Source of the DNA: Gnetum montanum
Taxonomy: Eukaryota > Plantae > Gnetophyta
Reading direction: 5' to 3'
DNA: 64,000 nucleotides
NCBI GenBank assembly: GCA_015680685.1
Contig: MNCI01001408.1
Span: 1 to 64,000 of the forward strand
Under the pieces are notes generated by a model. The model did not search any database. It was not told the DNA's origin and saw only the letters and a list, made by a program, of their open reading frames with translations. Both the position numbers and the translations under genes were made by a program. Below, in pieces: positions 12,101-25,144 of the stretch; the first letter of the stretch is position 1; the number at the start of each line of letters is the position of its first letter.

Positions 12101-14396
12101 CCAAAATTTAAAATAATAAAACTATTAAATTTTCTTACTTGTTTAAGAAACCTAGGGATCCTAGAAGCCACAAGTGCATATATGTCTAAGTCTAAAAGGC
12201 CCCACCAAACATGAGAAATCTTATTTGCCACACACTTAATGTAAACTTGAGAGTAATTTGAAATATATTAGCTGAAATCATTTCTTAGCTACTCCAACAC
12301 AAAAAACCTCACTTATGCATCTTGTGTAAAAACCTCCAATGTTATGTGTGCTAAGGGTAGGACTTGATCACTCTTAATTAATCCTTCATCATGCACTCTA
12401 TACTTGCAACATGCAAATGCAACAAAAATTTCCTAAAACCAAATAGCCTAATGAAAATAATAAGTAAACAAAAAATAACTTAGGATGACACTTATGATTG
12501 AAAGTGGTAGAAAGTGCCAAGAAAATTTTGAAACAAAGTGTGGACTCAATGGCCTATCATCAACATGTTGTTGGCATTGTACTGGATAAACTCAGCACAT
12601 CCCAAATTTGGGATAATTTGCATGTTCCTATTGTATATGTGTCATCGTGATTGTCATCTTCCACACGAGCGGTAGGAGCATCTACCATGAACTTGGTGAT
12701 GCAATTGAAATAATTAGGTAGTAATGTCTCTGCAATTATAGGTGTAGTGTCAATAGTGAAGTGTGACTATAAGATCACACTAAATTTCTTTAGAAAGAAT
12801 GCTAAGAACTCTTTGGCCCTAGGCCTAAACCAAAGATAACCATGATTTATGACCATGTTGGGGGGCATGTTGTTTGGTTTTGGTGTATTTATGTAGCATA
12901 GTATCCCCACAAGTTCAATGACTATTAGGATGAATTTCAAAAAGGCTTTGCATAACCAAATGATAGTCATTAAAACACTAAATAACAATAAGCAAAAATT
13001 CAACACTATACAAAAATAACAAATATAATTTCAATGTTGACATATAATATTGAACAACTAAATCCAATGTTACAACCATGAAAAACAAAACAAAATTCAA
13101 CTAAAAACTAAGTAAAAAGACCAAGTAGCCTAATACAATGATGGCAATCACGTAGTTGAAGTAGGCATAAAAAATTTTAGAAATTTTATGTAAAGCATTA
13201 AACTATGAAAACAAACCTCTAAAAGGTTTAAACCCACAATTAATAATACATTAATAAGTATACAAAATTCAACTTGAATTTGATGAAATTTTGACTAGAC
13301 ACACTAGCTTACAATGAAACAGTTGTAGTAAAAGCTCTAGGAAAGCTAAATAAAAATTTCAAAAAAAAATTCAAACTGATGTTAAAAACTAATATACACC
13401 ATAAAAATAACCATTAGATACCTTAAACATAGCCTAAAAAACATAAAAAGTAGACCAACACTACCCATGCAGGCTGGGAAGCTTGTTGGCCTAGTAGCTA
13501 AAATTGCAATTGTACAGGGCAATTCATGTAACAAATATTTGACAAAAAAACTATCAATTTTTTTTCTAAGTTTAGGTAGTGTTAATATGCATAATTAAAC
13601 ACAAAATCCACTCCATTATTACAATAGTAGGCATAGAAAAATTCACATTATGGCCTAGAATCACTTTGAATGTTTTCTAAAAAGAACCCAATTTGTAGTG
13701 AAATAGTTGCAATTAAATATCTAGGAAAGTTATGAAAAACTTTTTAAAACATTTAAAACTTATGTAAAACACTTCTAAAATATTCTATAAATCCTGAAGA
13801 GATTGTAACATTGATAAAAAATAGACAAAGTATGTTAACACTATCAGTCTTTGGAGGCCAAAAACATGAAAAAAATTAGAAAAATCACTATGCACTAGTC
13901 TATAGAAAAACTCATATAAAATTAACCATAGCTCCAAAAATATTGATATGACCATTAAAAACTATGGAATAATCCTATGGTCTCAAAAATAAAAAATTTT
14001 GTACCACATTCTTATAAAATAATTGCAAAGTTTAGCCACTTTTCCATAAAAAAAATAGTAAAAAATGCATAGAACAAGGCCAAAGAAAAAATTATATTTT
14101 TGTAAAAAAAAGGTCCTAAGACCAAAATCACAATGTGAACACATTAACACAATGTAGATGTAATATTTAAGCCACTTAAAACCAAAATTATCCCAACATT
14201 TAGACCTAGACAATACAAAACACCTTTGTACTTTGGTAAACAATTGGTATAAAATAGTGAGAAAAGGGTACTTGGCAATCATGCTAGAAGAGCCTTCACT
14301 AATGGAATATTTTGGTAGATGAAAGATTCCTTTGGTAGTAGACTTTACCTCCTCTAGTGTATGGTTATTACTAGTTTCTTCTCTCCTCTTCAACAT
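9124..14396 (-). pseudogene. 8-exon antisense gene in element copy 1: FCP1/NIF-like pseudophosphatase, Transposase_32/PMD-like domain and coiled coil
   Basis: Inferred exons 14272-14396, 12496-12947, 12139-12403, 10855-11936, 10537-10725, 10307-10444, 9344-~10161, 9124-9198. They are separated by AT-rich introns with GT/AG ends (some decayed) that match copy 2. Motifs ILIVIELVGIL, WFRPRAKEFL..F.VI.S, LSQIWD..EF..YNANNMLMI. Confidence 0.75.
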
Positions 14397-16829
14397 CTTG
14401 CAAGGTTGAAGTAGAATTCTTAGCTTCTCTGTAACTGCACAGCCTTGGTGATGGGGAATGACCAAAAATATACTTGTGGTAGATGATACTAAAGCCATGA
14501 ATGTTTGGGAAGCTTGGTTTCCTAGTGCTACTTGCCCAAGAACCAAGCCAGAGAAAATGGTTTGCATAAAATTTTAAATGTAGAAACCCTTTGTGTATTT
14601 ATGTGTTAAAATAGAAGCCATTAGACCCACAACACCCATCCAACACCCAATGAACTTAATGTTCACATATGGAAAGTCATAAATATGCTAGGCCTACTTG
14701 TTTTTTTAATCTCAAATGACCTTTTAACCTTAGATGGGCCCCATAGTGCACCACCCAAATAAACCACAAAAATCCCAATACAATGGGATTTAAAACCTTA
14801 AACCAAAAATACACTAGGATTGATGTCTAAGCAAGCATAAAAACCTTGAAATGGGTTGCAATATCTAGCCATGGCCAAGATCTATCTCCTAGCTGCTGCA
14901 TCCTTTAATCCATTATGGTGAGCAAAGCCTCATCCCAAATTAGAACCCTGGGGATTACCACTTGAAGACCATAAGGAATAGAAAATGGCCTAAAACACCT
15001 GGAACAAAGTATTCCAAATATTTATACACTGTCTATTAGCATGTAAAAACTAAATAAAATTAATGTAAGAAAAAATGGAAATTAGTGCAACTACAAAAAT
15101 GTAAATGCCAAAAAATAAGATAAGTTACATAATTTAAAAGTATGTGAAAAGATGATTTTAATGACACTTATTTTACCTCAATCACACATCTAGAAATAAA
15201 GTTATTTACATTTATATTTTATCAAATTAAGTAATAATAATAATAATTACCAAAATGTATATGATGTGTTGAAATGAAAAATAATCCCTATTATGTTCTA
15301 AATAAAATGACATAGATGAAAAGTTCATATATGTCATACTTCATTGTTTATTCACAAAAATATGTACATAACACAAATATTTAAAACATATATAAGGTTT
15401 CTACTTTAAAAAAATATAAAATATATAAAAATTACTTTCAAAGTTCAAAATTTCCATCTTCTATCATTTTCTTTGTTACTCTGGTCTCTCTCCATTAAAA
15501 TGTAGGACTAGAATTACTTAATAAGCAAGGTTATTTTATTTTCCTATTCATGGAGTATAAAATATTTGATTTAAAAGTATTAGGATATATATTAGAAAAT
15601 GGTTCCAAATGAATATTTCAAAAATATTTCAAGTCCAAATATATCAAAACCTTTTCAAAATTTTAAATAAATTATGTTTAATCCAAAAAATTTTGAGGGA
15701 TAGTTCTTGGTTATCCTCATTATCAAAAATACACTAACAAGTCTAGGAATAATCTTACTACTAATATAAAATTATCCTTATGATCCAAATGAGACCCTTA
15801 TGGTTAGGTCTTATTAATAGCCTTTCTACTAACATCCTCACTAGCTAAGGCACACACCTCATTGGAACAATGAGTATGTCTCACTACATAGTACTAGGGT
15901 AAAGTACTTAGTGTCATGGTCTTGGCTAGATTTCCAAGCCATGCATAAAATTATGAATAAAAATTCAAGGTAATAAATCCATCCAAATCCTTTTTCTCAT
16001 GAGGTAGATCTTGTAACAACTAAAAAATTTAGTGTTGTAGAATTGAAGACCGTAGTGTGGAATAGTTTAGCTTTAAGATCCATGGGCCTCAAAAGGATCC
16101 AAAGCACTTTCAATGATCTTGTTGATCTCTTAAGGACTTAGGAAATCTATTAGTAAATGCATAAATAAAAGTAAACTATAATGTGTAAAAATGATGTTTC
16201 AACATGGGACTCAATAAAATACCACAAAATGTAAGAAATACACCATAGATATGGCAAAGAAAAAATTGGAAACTTCATATTTAATGCTGTAAAAATATTA
16301 TTCAAAGTAGGTGCTTTAGAAGGCATAGATCAATGTCGTGAAAACTTGAGAATAAGAAGTATCTCTTGTAATCCAATGTAGGTGGCAAGATGTGCTTTGT
16401 GTAATATCTCCACTATTTTTCCATTTGATCTGCACAATGAATGCTTCTATAGGTTCATTATGCACTCAGAAATTGATGCTGCAAAGGCTACAAAAATCTC
16501 TATGATGCTCTATTTTTTCTTACCAAAGCATGATATGCCAAAAAGTCCATAAAATTATGTAGAATCTGGTATAAATATGTTTGATGTTTGCTATTATGGT
16601 ATTTGTTATATTCCCATATGCTTTTTGAAGCATTACAAAATATGTTTGGATCATTTTCATGCTTAAAAAATGTAGTGTATGGGTTACTAGCATTTTTGGC
16701 TTTTCCCATCATGTTTTGGCAACACATGAAGCTTATTTCCATGGTCTAAATTTCAACATGTGAGTCACTAGAATTTTTTTTCTTTTCCTACCAAATTCAC
16801 CAGTGTTTTTAGCTTTTTGACTTTCATAT

Positions 16830-17544
16830 GCTTGCCATAAATGGAATTCAAAGCATGTGGGTTGTAAATTTCACTTTTACACTTTAAAAGTGTTCAATAT
16901 TTTTCCAAAACAAGATCACTGGGTAGGATTTTTTATGGGAAAATGAGATAATTATTTCTGCCTTAAATTCTTATTAAATTACAATGCAAATTTTGGCTTC
17001 AAGGCTTCTCGTTGGCCATATGAAATTTTTTCAAGTGTTTGATTGGCTCCTCTTTGTTGATGTTTTGAGTACTAACCTTAAAGATATTAACAAAGAATGC
17101 AAAAACACTACCATAAGTTCATGATTAACACTTACTCTTCATATTTGATTCTATAGTTGATGAATCATGCTAAGGAGTGTTCATGATGATGAAATAAGAT
17201 GACAATGAGATGTCAAGAGTTTGGGATGAGATGTGGGATACATGGGCTATTGGAGAATGGTCACATGGGCTAATAAAGAATTCCAAATGTTGACATCATG
17301 GCTTCGACATGGTGATTACATATTTATTAACTAAGAAGGTCTTCATGCTTTATGATCAAACTGTTGGCTGCTTGATAATGTTTTGAGGAATCAACACTTG
17401 TTAATAGGATTCTTTGGCCATTTGAGTTTTTTTTCTTTGAGATCCATTGATTTGCTTAACTTTCAAGCTATATTGGCCTTTTTTCTTTCTTTACTTTTCC
17501 TCCCATTTTTTTGTGTGAGAGAAACCTTCATTAGGCTTCATTGT
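16830..17544 (+). pseudogene. Possible Mutator (MULE)-like transposase remnant, N-terminal part
   Basis: WNSKHVGCKFHF resembles the FAR1/WRKY-GCM1-type S-K-x-x-G-C-x-F motif; a SWIM-like motif lies on the far side of the inserted element. Confidence 0.35.
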
Positions 17545-18089
17545 TGATGAGTGGCAAGGTACCCCTACACTCAACCATACGAATATGAGCATTTCACGCA
17601 TGATTCGGTTGAACTCCGCAGATGGACTAGTTGTGGTATCTAGACAATTATTCTTAGGTTGCAGTTCATTGTCTTCCCATCTAGACTAGTGTTAACTTGT
17701 CACATATGGTTTAGTCCAGAGTGAGGTGTATGATGTGTTCCTATACTAATGCTACTCTTGGAGATAATGGAAAGTAATATTAACTAAGCTAAGAGAGAGA
17801 GAGAGGGTGAGAGAGAATCTAAGCTAGCCTAAGTGCAATGAGCATCCGTTCCTCAATCATCAGTATACATCTTGGACCTCATGCATGACTACCACTAGGA
17901 TTACCAAGTGTAGATCCTAGGTACACTACTGGGTTACCAAGTAGTCACACTTAAATTCTCATGATTAAGTTGTACTCATTTCACGTTTAATAGGAGTTTA
18001 GGGTAAGAAGAGATATTAACTAAGAAAGCAGTAAATAACAATTAAATAAATAATTAAGCTAAGTGGATGATGCAATGATGAAGTAATCT
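17545..18089 (-). mobile_element. 3' LTR (truncated at contig-join N, 18090)
   Basis: Starts tgatgagtgg and aligns with 25145-25689; stops at the N. Confidence 0.9.
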
Positions 18090-18648
18090 NCGACTGAATG
18101 AAAACTCATCCTCGAGTTACAGTGAGAACAAGCTTCGTTGATTACATAGTGGATAGGTATGGGATTATTGAATGGTGAGAATAGGTGCATGCCGCAGTGT
18201 GGAATCAGAACAAAATTGAGACACAACACAAAGAATGCTAAAGGAAGTCCTATAGCTACAAAATTGATGAAACTCATGTAGTTCTTGGTGGTGGTGGCTC
18301 CTCCATGGGTGCTTTTCCCTTGTCTTGTGCTCCAGGTCTTGGGACTTGATGGTGTTGAAGTATGGCCTAGAGTTTCTCCTCTTCGGTTTGGGGGTCTTGC
18401 ACCATCCATGCTAATGTTCTGATGTTTGATGGAGTCGGCACTTCCCATGGGTAGGGTAGCTGTGAAAACATTTGATTTTCCTTAACATACCAAGTCACAA
18501 ACACCCTTCGTTCTTCCTCGTAGGCTCTAGCTTTGTCTTTGTATTCTTGAAAATCTATAAATAGTCAAGCCAAATCTATTGCAACACCTTTTTTTCCCTG
18601 GTAACTTGCTTTAACCACCTCAAGTTCAAAATTTGCAATTTCTAGTTT

Positions 18649-21050
18649 TTACAATATCTTCTTGTGTTCTGCAAATTCTATTTCATATTTGTTGTAGGTG
18701 GTGGCTACCTGTTGCTTGAGCTCTATTCTCGAGTACCCTGCTATTAACATGGCAAGGTTGGTATACCTCAGGTTTTCTAACCCCATGTATTCTGTAAGAT
18801 CTTGGATCTGCAAGTCTCGATTCTTAACTTCTGCTTGGTGGGCAAATGCATATGTGTCCGATATGGCCCACCAGTCAGTGTGTTGAGCACCAATATCATT
18901 GATGTGGGCCTTGGCCATATGGATCTCCTTCTCAATGATCTGTTTGTACATCCCCACTTGGTTCCGGAAGTGCTCCTTGAGGTTTTCATGCTGTTTAGAC
19001 TCATTTTTCCACACGTTTATTTCAATAGTCATCTTCTGATGGATGGTGCGTACCTCCTCCATTGAGAGGGTTCGATTCTCCTTGGCTAAAAAATTCATGT
19101 CTTGGCTGACCCGGATGAATTTTTCTCACAATTGATGAAAATGTTCTTCGAAAACATTCTTTTGTTTTTCCACAGAGGTCAACCGAAGGTTGTCAGCAAC
19201 AAGCTGCTTGTTTTCCTCTTATAAGGCCTTAAGTTCCTTGGTATGTGCATGAGTTTGCACTTGTGCTGCAGAGGCATCCCAAATAGCCTTCTCTTTTTCT
19301 TTTTCCATCTTCTTATTTTCCATTAGTATTTTGGTCAATTGCTCAGTTTTGAAACTATCCAGCTGGTCTATGGGAACAAATTGCAAAGGGTCCCGCTGTG
19401 CTTCTTGTAGGATCACAAGCCTTTCTTGCAATTTTTGCACCTCTGCTTCAACATGCTTAGCCCTCATCTTTGTCAACACCAGCTTTCCTTTGGTGGAAAT
19501 GAGGTCTAATTGAATTTCTATCACATCTTGAGGGATGTCATTACTTGTCCTATTTGTAGCAATCGATCAAGTATATCCTCATGTTTTGCAGAAGTCATTG
19601 AGGTTCCGACCAAAGTTTGAGCATCCTATGCTCCTGTGAGATCTACTGGTGGCATAATAGGTACATTAAATGATTCTTTAATATGGTCTACAACCACATC
19701 TATGGCTCCTGCTGCATCTTAGTGTTGCATGACCACCACTGTGGCCCCTTCACCAGTTTCTAATTGCACTTGGAAAGATGCAGTGTTCCCCAAGATCTGT
19801 TGTGACCAAGTGCTTTCCCCTCCTCCTGTATGGATAGACACTTCACCCCTTGCATGATCCAAAGAAACCATGGGCTATATGGCATCATTGATGACGCGGA
19901 AGAGATTTGCATCATCATGACTTCCCCAACTGATCGTCTTAGCGATGGCCCTGAGATGGCTCATCGACGGTCTATAATCTTGTGGCGGAGGTGGTTGATC
20001 TTGGCCTGTGGTGGGCCCTACTTCTTATTGTTGGTTGGGTTCCATACTTGGAAGTTGGCTGGGTCTTGCAATTTGAGTTGCAGTTGACCCTGTCGTCTGT
20101 TATTTTTCTTATTTTGGTCCCAATGTCTCACCAGTGACTTGCCTTGCGACTAGTGGCTTTAACAATTTAGCATATGAAGCATTTTGGGCTTTTTAGAGGA
20201 CATCATTGGTGTATCCTCTAATACCAGCATGTTGGCATAGCTTCCTGATAAGGCAAGGAAAGGGCAACGCCATCTTCCCTATCTTCTATTCTTCGAACCG
20301 CCTTAGGATCTCCATAAAGTATAGATGAGGTAGGTTAACATTAACCTTTCCCATCAACAATGCATATCCCCTAGCCACATATGTTGAAATCCTTTTTAAG
20401 CCCTTCATGGGGAAGAGGTGATACGTTCCAATTTTGAAATAGATCCTCTCTTCTATCGTCAACTCTCCAAATGTCTTATCCTTGCCATATGCCCTTTCCA
20501 ACCAAACTTGTCGTGCATCAGGATCTGAACAAGTAGATAACTGAGCAACCTTTGGCCCTGTATTCAAAAGGTTTAATACTTATAAAATGGCCTAAATAGA
20601 GAAATCAACTGTCACACCACAAATGTTAAACGTGGTGCCTTATTCTTTGTTGTGCTAGAATTGGTACATTTCCCCTAGGTACCAGGCACTGCTTTTAGAG
20701 AGGATAGGCCATAAGGGAGACCCTTTGAGGTGGTCCCTAACAACCTTAGGAGAAAACTCTATGAATGGTTCAAAATTTAATTCCACAATCACCGCAGTGA
20801 ATGTGGACCTTTCATGGATAGCCTGAACACAATCCTGGGACAACATGAGATGTTGTCCCTATTCAGGCGCTACAACAGCTCCTCTTTCTGCCTACCTTGA
20901 TTGTACAGTAGCAAGGTCTTCTTGGTGAATGCTAAATGATTGTTCCTCCTAATCTTCATGTTGTCCAATAGGAGCTTGTCCTTCACCTCTCCTAGGTTGT
21001 TTGCTCCCACCTTGAGCAGGACCTTCCTATTGTCCACGTTTTAGGGCCAT
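18649..21050 (-). pseudogene. Athila ORF2 (env-like position): Transposase_32-like domain plus long coiled coil, about 800 codons, decayed
   Basis: ATG at 21050 directly follows a TTGCAG acceptor; ORFs 20655-20846 and 20286-20567 are in frame with it. LPFPCLIRKLCQHAGI (20221-20268) matches the L.FP.LIT.LC..AGV motif of Athila-associated proteins. E/K/Q-rich ORFs 19219-19524 and 18649-19098 follow. Confidence 0.75.
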
Positions 21051-21537
21051 CTGCAATCACATGGGATCAATCGTTAGTAAGGTTGTTTTCAAAGTTAAGT
21101 TATACCTTACTGCTTGCCTTAGTTAATTTATTTTATCTTTGTGTGATGTTTTCCTAAAGATTATAATAATGATTCCTTTTTACTTAGGTGATTTCCGAAT
21201 TAGTTTCCCAGTATAACTAAGGGGATGAAATTATTTTTGGCACATTTATCTTTAATGTTATAACTAATTACCCTTGGTAATGTCCTTCAGGCGATGATAA
21301 ATTCCAAAAAATTTATGCATTATTTAGCATATGTCCCTTCCCCATGACTAAGCTGAACACTCTAGGTTCAAGTAGGTTCAGACGAAATGAAAATCGAAGG
21401 CCCAACAAGCGAGATATAGGTATGAAAGCAAGGGTCGCGCAATCGCAAGTCATAGAGAGAAATTTAAAAGACTCCCTTGCGTGAATGGTTGAAAATGATG
21501 GCAAGTGTTGTGGGGGGGGGGGGGGGGGGGGGGGGTC

Positions 21538-21632
21538 ATGTATATATAGGTTTTATGTAACATGATATCGTGTACTTGATATTGGGTACGCGATATCGTG
21601 TCGACCATGATATCGCGTACGCGATATTGCAG
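21538..21632 (-). promoter_or_regulatory. Putative internal promoter for ORF2 (GATATC palindrome cluster plus TATA)
   Basis: Five (c/t)gatat(c/t)g motifs followed on the minus strand by cctatatata; same layout as the LTR U3 at 968-1070. Confidence 0.55.
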
Positions 21633-23765
21633 CCTATTGATATTTAGGCCCAAGACAAAATACTGAATTTTAAAATTTTTTCTAAAATTACCAATGTAAA
21701 TTAGGGACATGTGGGCAAGTGTTAAAGGGTTCTAGGGTAATTTAGTTAGTTTTGAAGGCACAAATAATGATATGTGGGTGGAATTGATCACTAAAGTCTT
21801 TGGGTGGTAAGGAAGAGAAAAAGGCCATGTGATGGTTCATAGGAACGTTGGAATTCAAAGGGATAGTAATAAGGGAAAGAACATTGTTGACAATATGCTT
21901 AGGGTAATAAATGGTGTGTGGAAGGTGGGTTATGAGTGCAGATTACAAACTTACACAAGTGGGTCCTCCCCAAAGTAGGTTCCAACCTATAATACCTTGC
22001 GTAAATACACTTAAAAGTGTCCGTGGACACTCAAAGGGTTAAATGTAATCCGCACTAGTTCCACAAAACACACACATGTAAGTATCACAGAGATGAGGTA
22101 AGAAATCTATGCTATATGAGACACGAGCTAAAATTACATGGATAGCGAGATGAGATGGACTACAAAAGGGATTGGAGAGATTGGGACATGAGGTAACTGA
22201 CCTAGGGCATAGTGAATCTTGTGTGTAAAGCATGATTAATGTGTCATCAACCCGTCGTTCCAAGATTAGGACCAAGTCCATTCCTCTGATCAGTGACACC
22301 GCATTGTTGTATCCCATGATGAGCGACTATGAGAGTACCATAACAACAAGGCATACGATCACTTGGCATTTTATTCAAGGGAGGAGTGATTTTTTCTTTG
22401 TGGCACTTTTCTTTTCGTTTTCTTTCTTTTCTTCTTTTTTTTTTTCAATTGCTAAATCTAGAGAAGCCAGCAACCTTCAGGCATGGGTGCATGTCTTTCC
22501 AATGGAAACCCCTAGAACTGCATTGGATTTTTGAGTGCCATTTGATTACTCTTACTCCCATTTTGCATTAGATATACAAGGTTCTGAGTACAACCATGTT
22601 GCGTGATAACTCTCACAGATGTCACCAAAGAGAATCCACAAGTCCCCTTGATGTCACACCCTAATCATTTCTTCTCGATCCATCCTTTTTCATTCTAGGT
22701 ACAATGAACAAAAAATTAATTTTAAGTTTCAAGAATGTCAAGAATATCACTGTACCCTTGAACAGAACCTCTTATTTGTAATGGATGAGTGGGTGCAATG
22801 GGTTCACTGTCCACATAATTGATTGTTCGAGACTCAATAACATAGAACACACCTCAACCAATGAGCCACATGAGTGTTTTATTCGTAGATGAGATTACTT
22901 ATAAAAAGATAAAAAGACCAAAAAGAAAAAAAGACAAAAAAGATAAAACAAGAAGTTAAAATATGAAAAACTAGAAAAAAATTGTAAAATTAAAGAAAAT
23001 GAAAAATATTTATTAATCCTTCTTGTTATTAGAATGGGGGATACCCCCCATAACTAAAATGTTGAGCATGGCAAGGATTAATAAATGAAAGATGAGGATC
23101 CTTGCATGTTGGAAACATTGAAACTTGGTCATACTTACCCCATTGGGGTTCACACACTTGATTATAGTAAGCATAGTGGGGTGGTTTATGAGATGTGGTT
23201 CTTGGATAAAGAGTTGACCCACTATGATACTTGGGACTGTAAGATGATATGTAAGGATCAGGATGTCACCCTCCATGGCTATGTTCATTGGGCCATATGG
23301 TTGTTGGAGTGTTACTTGGTGGCCTTGATGAGGTGACATGAGGCATTGGATTCGAAGGGATGGGTGCACCACAGTGTTGGGCTTGTGCTGAGTTGGAGAA
23401 TGTAGTGGCCTTGGAATTGTGTTATCCCTTCTTATGGTCATGTCTAAAGAAGGGATGCCTTTGATGTTGAGGAGGTCTCTCACTACTGTTAGCAATAGTA
23501 GCAAAAGTAATGTTCATGGGTTGTCGCTATGGTGTAGACACTTCAGGAATAGTTGGTGGCGATGTAGAAGGAGGAAAAGGATGAGAATGTTGAAATTGAT
23601 GAGAAGTGTTAAGGCACACAAGGTGGTGGTTGTGTTGAAGACATGGGCTGATAGTATTGAGGAGAATGATAATGCTATGAGATAGAGTATGTTGACCCAG
23701 TTGAGGAAATAGGATATTGGACTAGATAAGCATTTGGATTCAGATGATATGAAGGAGGTCTCCGG

Positions 23766-25004
23766 TTAGGGGTGGCTTCCCCCATGACTGCCACTGTGAT
23801 CAAACATAGTATCTCTGTATGAACTCTGGGTGTAATGTGCTTCCCCAATGCTCATATAAATGTAACAAGATTGGGCATTGGCCCTTGGGGTGATCGTATA
23901 GGAAAATGTTGCATTCATATGTATGATCGATAGTTGAGCTCTTATTTTCTTCATTCCTTCTTTCTGAATGTCTAATGATATTTTTTCCTGCTTCTTGGGT
24001 TGTCAAAACTCTATCTCCAATAATATCAATAAATTCTCCACACTTTTTATGTGTCCATTCTAACATCTTATTGATCTTTGCCTCAACTTCTTCTAGTGAT
24101 TGTTGTGTTGGAAAAGATGGTTTTTCCTCCTTGAGATAGGTTGATTTCTCCTTTTTGTGATTATGGACCTCTGTTAATTTGAGATTCTGGTCCCGTTGAT
24201 GTTTTTCAACACTCTCACATCTAGATATTTCTCCTTCTTATTTTGCTACCTGCTTGATAAGCTCCTGGAATTGATGGGTTCATAGTTTGTATAATTGACC
24301 TTGGGCATACATCCCTAGGGTTTCTCTTGTTGCATCACGAAGCCCATCAATGATATGGTACATTAGCCTTTCCTCAGAGAACTCATCGCTTGGACAGTTG
24401 TTTAATAGTGCATAATATCTTTCTAAGGCCATGTACAAGGGTTCATGTTGTGCTTGTTTCGACTCTTGGATTTGTTTCCTCAAGGTTGAAACTCTTGTGT
24501 AGGTTTGATATCTTTCATTAAAGAGTTCTATCATTGTTGTCCAAAGTTGTATTGAATTTGGTTTTAACGATCTATACCATACTTTTTCTTGGCCAACGAG
24601 TGTCATAGGAAAGAGCTTGAGTTTTTGCCAACTATTATCAATGTTGTTCCATGTTCAGGCATTGTACAAGGCTTGTAAATGTTGTTGTGGATCTAAGTCA
24701 TAGCCTCCTGAGAAATTGGGAGAGTTGTTTAAATTGAGCCTAGGTAGGAGGCTCTCTTTATAATGCCTATAGGAGATTTAAACAACCTCTTGTATTTGCA
24801 TTAGGCTTGTAGTGGCCAGTAGGGGTTCATCGTCATAGGTAAGTTATGCTTTTGTGCATTGGGATGATGTTGCCTTCGTTTATGCTTATAAGAAGCCCCC
24901 ACCTTAGGTTGTGTACTCAAATCCTCATTGTCATATAGTTCCTTGGTTCTCCAATGAACTGCCTCACTAGATGTGGCATTATTATAGTCTTGGAGGAGAG
25001 ACAT
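23766..25004 (-). pseudogene. Athila-type gag
   Basis: PNFSGGYDLDPQQHL, KLFPMTLVGQEKVWYRSLKPNSIQLWTTMIELFNERY, QAQHEPLY..LERY..LL..CP; C-terminal C..C.S..H remnant. Confidence 0.85.
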
Positions 25005-25125
25005 GGTTGTGAATTGTGTGTGAATTTATATGTGACTTTTTATAATTATTTTTTCCTAAAAGATATATCGTTAATTCCTATACAATGACCTTGTATGATA
25101 TAAATAATCTAGATAACTAGCACCG

Positions 25126-25143
25126 TCCCTGGCAACGGTGCCA
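25126..25143 (-). promoter_or_regulatory. PBS (tRNA-Asp type)
   Basis: tccctggcaacggtgcca adjacent to the LTR. Confidence 0.9.
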
Positions 25144-25144
25144 A

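Larger units (their letters stand above)
3250..15000 (+). mobile_element. Ogre/Tat-like non-autonomous gag-protease element, copy 1 (boundaries approximate)
   Basis: 3750-4480 resembles 44650-45290 of copy 2; order is gag, protease, 30-bp array, antisense spliced gene; no RT/RH/INT seen. No 3' LTR or TSD found. Confidence 0.7.

Noticed and set aside
13983-14567. 194-aa ORF as a stand-alone gene
   Set aside because: Only 14272-14396 is conserved in copy 2 (exon 1); the remainder is UTR or intron read-through.
18059-18448. 129-aa ORF with a hydrophobic stretch (possible env transmembrane segment)
   Set aside because: It runs across the N join, is not in frame with a demonstrable ORF2 continuation, and has no second copy to support it.
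21511-21536. Long G homopolymers (also 30084-30097) as G-quadruplex elements
   Set aside because: Simple homopolymers whose length is unreliable; no conserved counterpart seen in the window.
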